64,000 nt of DNA, from assembly GCF_009914755.1 (NCBI RefSeq), contig NC_060936.1; one strand, written 5' to 3'. The first letter of the stretch is position 1. Each line of letters starts with the position of its first letter. The notes under the pieces were generated by a model. The model searched no databases, was not told the DNA's origin, and saw only the letters and a program-made list of their open reading frames with translations. A program made the translations under genes and the position numbers. The stretch comes from the human T2T-CHM13v2.0 reference genome, Homo sapiens. This document shows, one piece after another, positions 54,426 through 64,000 of the stretch.

Positions 54426-55139
54426 AAGAGTTTCTTTGATGGACTGGGGAAAACCTTTCCATCTCTGACTGAGAAAATGAGAGAAAGATTTACAATTTTC
54501 CACGAAAATGATTTGATCACAGGCAACCTTTCCTATGCTTGAGATATTTAATGGTAGAGATGGTAGATAAAATGGGTTTACATTTTGATTGAAAGTATGT
54601 GAAGCCCCCTAATTACAGGACAGCTGTACTTTTAGTCTGCGACTGAGAGGCACTCAGCAGAGAGATAACAGCTGGTGGATTTTAAGTACAGTTAAGGGCA
54701 GTGTAAAACTATAGAGGATGTATTTTATCATATCTCTTGATTATTCACAGACTAGTGTTAGCAACAATTATAAAATACAAAAGTCTTTTTGAGATTAAAC
54801 TCTTCACAATGTTCACAAACAACGTTTTCTAACAAAATTCATTTATACTGATATTATAAATTAAAGGACTTGGTATTGCCATTTAAGAGAACCAGTAACT
54901 TTAGAACTAGCAATACTAGAAATTATACAGTCCAACAGGCTATTTTTCAGGTAAGAAAACAAAAAAATGGTCATACAGTTAGGGGCAGAGCCAGGACTGG
55001 AACCTTAGAGCTCTTGACTCCTATTCAGTGTATATTTTGATTTATTACCATTCCTCTATTGGTTTTTATAACAAGCAAGCTTGTCTTTAACTTGCCTAGC
55101 CAAATTACAAATGAATCAAAATTATATAATATTCATTAC

Positions 55140-55247
55140 CTTTAGTATTTGAACATTTTGATATGGTGATTTCTTTCTCTTCAGTTAAAGCTTCACTTTC
55201 ATCGACTCCAAGAAATATGACCCTCTGTGGAACATAACAGTCACCTC
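55140..55247 (-). CDS. C12orf50: C12orf50 exon, 108 nt (GGDCYVPQRVIFLG...KCSNTK)
   Basis: ttttgtcatag| ... AAAG|gtaatg. Confidence 0.93.
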
Positions 55248-56164
55248 CTATGACAAAACCTTACTGTCAGTGGCAACAATGGCAGAAAGTGATACAAACT
55301 AGCTTTCAATACAGGAACATTTTCTACAATACCCCTTTTGTTCACCTTTCTTTGGACACTTCTCAGTGATACCATATCCATCTCCATACATTTATATGCT
55401 TAGATTAATACATGAGTATTAATATATATGTATATGAATATGCAGTATGTAAACTTACATATAGATAATTGCAAGAAAATTCAGAGTCAACAAAATTTTC
55501 CTTAATGTATAATAATCTTTAGTCCCACCCTTTAGAGATACTCAGAGTAAATGTAATTTATCTTCCATATAACATCTTCAGATATATTAAAGCAGTTTCC
55601 ATATTTCCCCAAGAACTTCTATTTTCCAGGATAAATATCCATAGTTGCTTTAAATGTTACATACAAAATTCCAAAATTCTTCACCATACATTACCTTTTC
55701 TTAACATATTTGTTTCAAATAACCTTATTTTAAAATGACACCCAAATGTGAACTAAGCTGTGGAGAAATCAGCAGAACTAGTAAAATAATACTTGCCATT
55801 CATGGAGTAATTTTCTAGGAATCTGACCCTTTACTGAGTACTTTAAATCACATTTAACTATCTTTCTATACTGCCTCTAATAATCCAATGTGACTTTACC
55901 ATCGCTATTTGGTAGTGAAAACACACGCCTAAATTGTTGTAAAACATTGTGGCCAAAAAAACTCACTCTATTTTCCCCTCAAAAACGCCATCATACTGGG
56001 TTTTTCCCAAATTAAAGAAAAGCCACTATTTAATGTTTTGTACCTAAATGTAAGAATGTATGTTTATCATTGCTTGAAGTTACCCTGTAAGATTTGGCTC
56101 ATTGTTCCAACAGATTAACCTCCAGTTAACTGTAAATTTTATAAACATGTCTACATTCACCCAG

Positions 56165-56300
56165 TCATTCAATGCATTTGAACATATCATCCTTTATTCT
56201 ACAAGTATTTACTGAGTGCACATAATGTGCCAGGCATTCTACTACAGAGATTTATCTATAGTGATTGATTATACACAGTTCCTAGCCTCAAGGAGCTTAC
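56165..56300 (-). mobile_element. L2 3' end
   Basis: caagtatttactgagtgc..atgtgccaggcatt..cctcaaggagcttaca. Confidence 0.7.
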
Positions 56301-57429
56301 ACAAAACCAGTGATAAAAATGTCAAAAAGATTTTTGGTTTCTACCATGACCAAAATGGCTTTTATTAGAATAACTTTCATCCCAAAAACAACTATAAAAT
56401 ACCAAAACAAACTGATTGGAAAACAACCCAATGCATGTGACTGCAATGCCTGAGAGCAATGGAAGGACACAAAGTCAATTGTATGTTCACATTCACCCTG
56501 GCTTTTTTCCCTGAAGGAGTTACGCTCCACACTTACTACGGATTTTTCCCTGAAAGCATGTCTAATTCATCATGTAAGGAAATAACAAGCAGAAAGCGAC
56601 ACCAAGGAGGTGAAAAAGAAAGAGCCGAAAGTCTGGGACTATCTAATTGGTTTGAAATTGAGGGGGAAATGAAAAAAGAAGAACAACAAAGAAGTTCCTC
56701 TGAAATAGGCATAAAACTCCCTTTAAACTGTTATCTGACTCCCATACTTTTCAGGTACAGTGTGGAACCCTAGGAAATAAGCAAAAACTGCATCTGGGAG
56801 GCTAAAAACTGGTCAGAGATTTCAGCATCTACATACTGCTTGGGAGGTAAAATTTGGCATTCGAGCTTTGCCAGAGTAGAGGTATCTTGGTGAACATCCC
56901 ATGTCTCAGTTGATAACCCAGTAAAGCAATGCTTTAGGGGTAAGGGTCTTGTCCGAGGAATAAGGACTATACCTTCAAAGAAAGGAAAAATAATGTATCA
57001 TCTACGGCATCATCCCTAATAAAGCCCAAAGCTAGTCCTTCACAGAATCAAGGTGGTCTGCTGATAGTCTAGCTGCCTGCCAGGAGAAAAGTTTCTCTGT
57101 GGAGAAATAACATCATTCATACACTATGTAATTTTTATCCATATTGTTCAGCATCAAATAAAATATTAGAAGGCATAGTAAGACAGGACAATTGAGCAAA
57201 AACCTGAGGAAAATGAAAGATATCCAAGCGTAATCAAACAGGAAGTTGCAAAAAATAACAAGAACATTATCAAAATAGAGAACTGATGGAGAATTTAAGT
57301 AGAAAATCAATAAGAAGGTCAAATAGAAATTTAGAATTTAAAATACGGATTAAAGAGCAGAGAGGAAGAGAATTAGTGAACAGGACAGTAGGTTGTCAGA
57401 AAGTATCCAGATTTATCTAGAGAAGTCAA

Positions 57430-58710
57430 TAAGAAAAAAATATTTTAAATGGGCTAGAGACTTAAAAATGCACCAGACAAAAGAGAAAGTCAAAATGGCC
57501 AATAAGTTTATGAAAAGGTGCTAACATTATGAGTCATCAAGGAAATACAAATTAAAACTACAATGATGTACCACTAGCCACTCACCAGAAAGGCTAAAGT
57601 TAAAGGACTGAAAATACTAATTGTGGGTAAGGATACAGAGCAAGCTAATCTCAAAGAAAAGGTGTGCATATGGCCTTTAGAAGACATGTACAAGAATGTT
57701 AATAATAGTCCCAAACTGGAAATATTGTCTGTCAAATCCCAATATCAATACTCATGGTGCTTTCATGCATTGTTTTTATGTTTGTTTGTTGTTTGCAAAC
57801 GTACGCAGAGTGGTGAAAATTTTGAGTTGCTGGACCCGCACATTCCTAGCTGAGGTCTAACAATGGCAGTGCTCAGCATTCTCATTTCAGTTCATACAGA
57901 GATGATCAGAGAATGGCTGGAGACAGGAGAGGGCAGCACAGCATGGTGGAAGAAGCTCTGGCTCTGGGGAGAGGTGGAAGGGGTTTGAGTCCCAGTTCTG
58001 AGGCTTGTTAGTGAGGCAACCTCAAGAGAGTCACTTAAGACTTCTGAACTTTGTTTTCTCTTTTGTAAAATAAGGAAAACAGAATATACCAGGATGAGTA
58101 ATTTCTACGATTTAAGATTATAATCTGTGTGAGATGTAGGTATATGTGTGTGTGTACATAGTTCCCCGAGGAGCAATGGTTCAGTGTTTGCTAATTCAGT
58201 GTTCATGTCAGCTTTATATATAGCAACCAGGAATAACAAGAATCAATTGTGTGTGTGTTTGTGTGTGTATCAACTGTGTGTATATATATACTATATACAT
58301 AGAGAGAGAAATGCCCACGTTTGTTTTCATATATATGTACACATATACAGTATATGTCTTACATGTAGATATGTGTGTATATATGTGGTATATATCTATC
58401 TATCTATAGAGATTTACTGCTACAATCAACATCATGGATCAGTCTAATACAAAGAGCATTAAGTAAAAGAATCCAAACTAAGAGTTCAAACTGTATATTT
58501 CCACTTATATAAAGGTCAAAAAATGCAAAATTAGCCTATAGTAATAGCGACCAGAGTACTGGTTACCACTGGGAGAAGACTATTGACTTGGAGAGAAAGA
58601 GCCATCTGGAGTACCATAAATATGGTTATATTGATACATACACAAGTAAAATTTTAACAAGCTATTCACTTCAGATCTGTGAACTTTATTAAAGTGCAAT
58701 AACACATTAA
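57430..58710 (+). mobile_element. old L1M 3' region, interrupted by MER2B
   Basis: caaatggccaataag..aaattaaaactacaatg..caccagaaaggctaaa; probable old L1 5' sequence at 56330-57430. Confidence 0.65.
57745..58248 (+). mobile_element. MER2B-like Tigger derivative
   Basis: gtggtgaaaattttgagt..ctagctgaggt..ggagcaatggttcagt..gaataacaagaatcaattg, with the internal MIR-like segment. Confidence 0.7.
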
Positions 58711-59340
58711 AATAATATTAAGACAAGACAATGCCTCAAGTATTTTTCTTGAAATGAATACTAATTCATTAATTATAATTTCAGTTTTGATCATCTTCAT
58801 TTCAAAGATGTCTTATGAATGCAGGAGCCTAAATATGTTTAGATATATCTATCATATACACATACCCAGAAGATTATTTTATCTAGTGACACAGAGAACA
58901 TTATGATGCCTGGAAAATCAATAAGCTTGACTATACCAGAACTTAGTATACCAGATAATGGAATTTTTTAAATATTCTTTTAGTATGGTTTTTCAACTAG
59001 TTCATTACTCTAACAATATTATTAATATTAGGCTAATGACAGTATAATGACATTCTCACATTTTCTAACTCCCAACAAAGTAGGTAATATATTATTAATG
59101 TTACAACGTGAAGGAAAGTTTATTTTTATATGAAACCATTAGTCTATCAATGGTTAAAAATAACCTTTTATTAACCAAAAAAGCTATCTGATTTAATGAT
59201 ATTTCAACAAACTGTTCGATTAGAACTGCTCGGGTTAAGTGGATCCCACTTATATAGGTTAAATAGACAGTGGGAACTCCGTTAGGAGAGACTGCCAGTG
59301 TTTCTAATTTGTAGCTAAAACTTATTGCTTCAAGGCAACC

Positions 59341-59398
59341 AAACAATTACAGCTAGACTAAAACAATTACAGCTAGACTAAAACAGCTAGACTAAAAC
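59341..59398. repeat. 20-bp tandem repeat (2 perfect copies plus a shortened third)
   Basis: aaacaattacagctagacta x2, then aaacagctagacta. Confidence 0.95.
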
Positions 59399-59795
59399 TG
59401 CTGCAGATGTAAGAAAGGAGAAAAAATAATCAAATTACCTTAGCACCAAAAAAAAAGGGCAGTGGGGGGCACACAGAAGAAAATGGCTGACACCAGGACA
59501 GCAGAAAGTATCACCAATATGCCTAAGAGATACTGGTACTTACTGATACCTGCTCTCAACCTCCTTCCTACTCTTCACACACATTCTTCCCATCAGCCAC
59601 ACCTTTCAACCTCCCCACAAAATCTCTATATATTTTCAAAACAAACGCTTGGAATTTTCAGTCAAAGGACAGATTTTCCAACATGTTTATGCTAAAAAGC
59701 AGTTCCAAAATATTTAAGCTATAATACACAGTTAGAATGTGATGACAAATGATATATATTTGAATATAGCTCCTTTAAAGTAGACTTTAAGTCCA

Positions 59796-60118
<323 letters not shown>

Positions 60119-60508
60119 AGTAGACTTAATCAAATGATTTATTAAGTGCCTCCTTCATTTATAGCTCTGTTATAGTATATTACAGCACATACATAACACC
60201 TGAATTCATTATAGTCTGGAGTTGAGCCTACACACAGACACACACACACACACATACATGCACACACACACACAGGTTTCTCATTAAAATATGAAAAATG
60301 GAATGTCTTATACACTGAACACAAATTCGCACAAGGTATTTGGCAGAGATTTTGGTCTCTGAAAGCAACTGATTTTGTGATATACCTCCAAACTCTTGTG
60401 TTAAACATGACATGGACAAAAAAAGAAAATTAGTTGTAAAAGATAAAATTCAGACTCATTTATTATGTGGTGATATATTCAGGGTCAATCAGTAATAAAT
60501 TAACTCAC

Positions 60509-60619
60509 CTCCATTTTCAAAAGCAGCAATGTCAGTCTTTGGTTTCCCATGCAATGATGTTTTTATTTCACCTTGCCTTTCATATTGGCTAAGTTTTGTC
60601 GGAACTGTAAGACTATCTC
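60509..60619 (-). CDS. C12orf50: C12orf50 exon, 111 nt (GDSLTVPTKLSQYERQGEIK...AAFENG)
   Basis: ttatttctag| ... GGAG|gtgagt. Confidence 0.94.
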
Positions 60620-61059
60620 CTAGAAATAAGAAGAAAAAAAAGTCACCCCAGAAATTATTAGATGCTTAAATAAGAAATTTATGATAGAATGCATGATGAA
60701 AGTAAAAAAGCTTTAAAGTTAATGCAAGTATTGTTTGCACAGTGATCTGATAAACAATAAATTAATAAATACATGAGTTTTAAATTCTGTGTCAACAAAG
60801 AAGTAAGCAAGTATATTCTCCTATTTGGATTATTTATTCAATGGCAATTAAAAATTGTAAGCAATCTAACACTATTGTATATACATAATATATCTAGTTT
60901 GATATGTTTCTCATATAAGGAATTTTGTAATATTACTTTTGATTTTATCTGTTCACCATGAACAATCAGATAAAAAGTATTAGAGTCACTATTGACTACA
61001 AAATGCTAACTACACTGATAATTAAATAATACTCTCAGCTTTCCCCATGCATTTCTGGA

Positions 61060-61450
61060 TAATTTTCTTCTAAAATAAACTATTAAAAGCAAAATAAAAG
61101 AGACATGACAACCTAATGCAATGTGTGATTCTGGATTGGATCCTAGACTAGGGGAAAAAATTTATTTTACTATAAAGCACATTAATGGCATAATTGGTAA
61201 AATTTGTGGGAAAAGAAGGTTATAAATGATATTCTATCAGTGGTTATTTTCTGATTTTTATATTTATACTACAGTTAATGTAAAAGCAAAGAGGTATCAT
61301 GTCTGTAACTTATTCTCTCGAACAATTCAGAAGATTATAATAACAATGTGTATATTTAGAGAGAGTGAAAATTCAAATGTGGTAAAATGCTAACGTTTGA
61401 AGGAAATCTAGGTGAAGGGTATATAGGAATTAACCAAAACTATTTAAAAA
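61060..61450 (+). mobile_element. L1MC-type 3' fragment
   Basis: gagacatgacaac..atgcaatgtgtgattctggattggatcctagac..aatctaggtgaagggtata. Confidence 0.7.
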
Positions 61451-61534
61451 TAAACAGCCTTTTAAAGCATAATATAAAGCAAAAGTACATATAATTGTCT
61501 TTATAATCTGCCCTTTTTAATGTTCATTGCTAAC

Positions 61535-61690
61535 TTGTTTTCTTCTTTTGTTTTTGTTTCCTTTTGTTTTTTCTTCTCTGAGCAGTGCTGGCCTGCAATC
61601 TGTCCTTCCCTATATGGTTCCCAAGGTTTGCGGGCTCTTCTCCGTCTGATGGTGTGTTGCTGCCACCTATCGCCACGTTTGAATAGTTCG
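61535..61690 (-). CDS. candidate alternative in-frame C12orf50 exon, 156 nt
   Basis: tctgttttgtag|CG...ACAA|gttagc; phase 1-1, stop-free; absent from the 414-aa isoform as I recall it. Confidence 0.45.
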
Positions 61691-62249
61691 CTACAAAACA
61701 GACTTGCACAACATATTGCAGATGTTCATCCACAGTAAATCAGATTCTCCAAAGGTAAGCGCCATAAAAAGCAGAGCCTTCGATTTGTTCTCCAGCATGG
61801 CCTCTGAAATAGTCTGGTCCACAGAAGACTTTCATTCAATGACCAAATAATCTCTGTTCTGCCACTAGTGTCATTCTGTGATCTCTCTTTTGTTCTTCTT
61901 GGGCTAGTCTTACTTTTCTATTCAGAAAGAAAAATCTAGACCTCTTTGGCAGGGGGATTTATTTCAAAGACAAATAAAATGGTAAAAGCAAATTATTTAC
62001 AGCATTACCCCATGGAGTGTGTAGTGTCATTACGTGTTAATGAAGTCTATTCATTCTGTCACCTCTCTAGGATAACATAATCCCATTAATAGCAGCTTTG
62101 GGTCATCCAATACAAACACTTTCTTCTAGTGCTCAATTACGATGTATTATTTATCACTTTATTCTTCTGTACATCATACTAAATAATTCAGTCTATCACA
62201 CCAAGTATATGTTATAGATCACTATGAATGCTGCCTTTTCATTTCTTAC

Positions 62250-62363
62250 CTTCTTGCAATTCACTGCCATTTTCCAAAGGCTTTTCTAACTGTTTTTCTG
62301 CTGTAGGTGTCATGCTTTTTGATGACAAAATATCTGGAGGAGTATGAAATCTGTAGTATTCCC
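62250..62363 (-). CDS. C12orf50: C12orf50 exon, 114 nt (GEYYRFHTPPDILSS...GSELQE)
   Basis: ggttgattag| ... GAAG|gtaaga. Confidence 0.94.
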
Positions 62364-62444
62364 CTAATCAACCATAAGAAAAGTAATGGTTAGTATATTT
62401 ATCACATCAAGTATTAGAAAATACAAAAATGTTTGATTTCTTAC

Positions 62445-62522
62445 CAGATTTATAACACATCTCCTTTATTGCTCTTTTTTCTTCAATTTCTTCAGGGGTC
62501 TTTGTCCATAAACTAGAAGCAT
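62445..62522 (-). CDS. C12orf50: C12orf50 exon, 78 nt (DASSLWTKTPEEIEEKRAIKEMCYKS)
   Basis: atcctatag| ... TCTG|gtaaga. Confidence 0.94.
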
Positions 62523-63299
62523 CTATAGGATATAGATTTTTTAAATTAAATTGTCCCAAAGCCAATTAATCTGAAAATTTATAAACCAGAAAGGAAAACC
62601 CCAAATACTGTTCTCATGGATAGATTACTTTTTTATATTTCTAAAATCAATAATTTTACATACTAGTACATGTTTCAAATTGCTACATTTTAAGTATTCA
62701 AAACAATGTCAAGAGAAAACAAAGGGCTATGTATTATGTACTTTGAAATGAGACGCTGAATGTACAGACTCAATGTTGAGATGGTGTATGTTTATTTCGA
62801 GGTTGATGTAGGCATGAGAGACATGGAGCTGCAGCACACAGAAATAGTAATAAATAGCTCAGTGTACTCCTAAGCACAGAAACTATGGTGTCCCGTAGTC
62901 CATAGAAGGACATATTCCAGCACAAAGACAGATCGAGAGTTTTTCTTCATGTTTATCTTGTATATACACACTTTCTGGCACCACTGTGCTGGGTTGATAT
63001 GGGAGGCAAAGGATGAACTAAAATGCAAAAGACATGGGTCCTAAGCCTGTTCATACTCTTGTGAGGATGACTTAGAATAATGCAGATGACAGTGATTTAT
63101 AGATTATTAACTACTACATAGATCTCTATAACTTCCAGGATTAAATGTGAAACTGATATATTATTAATACATATGTAGATAAACAGATACACTTGTGCAT
63201 CAATGTTTTAGAAACATATATAAAAAACATAGCTTATTAGTATCTCTATAAGCATCTGTAGATATATAAATATCTATATATATACATTTATATAGATAT

Positions 63300-63657
63300 A
63301 CATTTTACTTTAAGTTCTGGGATACATGTACAGAACGTGCAGGTTTGTTACATAGGTAAACACATGCCATGGTGGTTTGCTGCACCCATCAACCCGTCAT
63401 CTACATTAGGTATCACTCCTGATGTTATCCCTCCCCTGGCCCTCCACCCCACAACAGGCCCTAGTGTGTGACATTCCCCTCCCTGTGTCCATGTGTTCTC
63501 ATTGTTCAACTCCCACCTATGAGTGAGAACATGTGGTGTTTGGTTTTCCATTCTTGTGTTAGTTTGCTGAGAATGATGGTTTCCAGCTTCATCCATGTCC
63601 CTGCAAAGGACATGAACTCATCCTTTTTATGACTGCATAGTATTCCATGGTGTATAT
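63300..63657 (-). mobile_element. L1PA7/8-like 3' end; adjacent TA-rich tract probably its decayed tail
   Basis: aagttctgggatacatg..cccatcaacccgtcatctacattagg. Confidence 0.9.
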
Positions 63658-63910
63658 GAAGCACCTAAATATACTTAAGCATCAGATCTGTCTCCCAGCT
63701 ATCGTACAACAAAAACTTTCCAATCCAAAAGATCATAAATATGTAGCAAATTAGAACATAATGAATTAAATTAGTTTAATACAATTATAGTTATTTTCTC
63801 AGCAAAATCTGCCTTATATATTACATCATAAACCTTTACAGTTAAACACATATGTAAAAAATGTGAGGTTTTTGAATGTGTATTGTAAACCTGAAAAAAG
63901 TTCTACTAAC

Positions 63911-64000
63911 CATTTTGTTCATCTACTTCCTCTTCTTCCTCAAAATTAGTTTTTAAAACTAAAGGATGGTGGATGGGTCGTGATATATTTTCCTGAGGTT
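63911..64000 (-). CDS. C12orf50: C12orf50 exon, cut by the window edge (PQENISRPIHHPLVLKTNFEEEEEVDEQN)
   Basis: Open frame ending AATG|gttagt; joins in phase 1 to 62522. Confidence 0.92.

Overview
Human genomic DNA (a perfect AluYa5 is present), AT-rich and mostly interspersed repeat. The right 18 kb holds ten minus-strand coding exons that splice by GT-AG into one open frame. I recognise the peptide from memory as C12orf50 (ZC3H11A-related, chr12q21.32); the gene runs off the right edge. The left 45 kb is intergenic. It contains an RPS4X processed pseudogene split by two L1s, a complete THE1D with nested insertions, several L1s, ten Alus, MaLR/ERV LTRs and DNA-transposon fossils. I found no new multi-gene system. 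The best leads are: (1) a near-full-length L1PA2/3 whose 5'UTR gap matches a splice junction, using a donor near nt 141 rather than the usual nt 97; (2) a 387-bp 100% identical tract between two otherwise ~5% diverged L1s that flank the last two C12orf50 exons (gene conversion, NAHR substrate); (3) a candidate extra in-frame 156-nt C12orf50 exon with a basic NLS-like tail. Repeat subfamily names come from recalled consensus sequences, and boundaries of old repeats are approximate.
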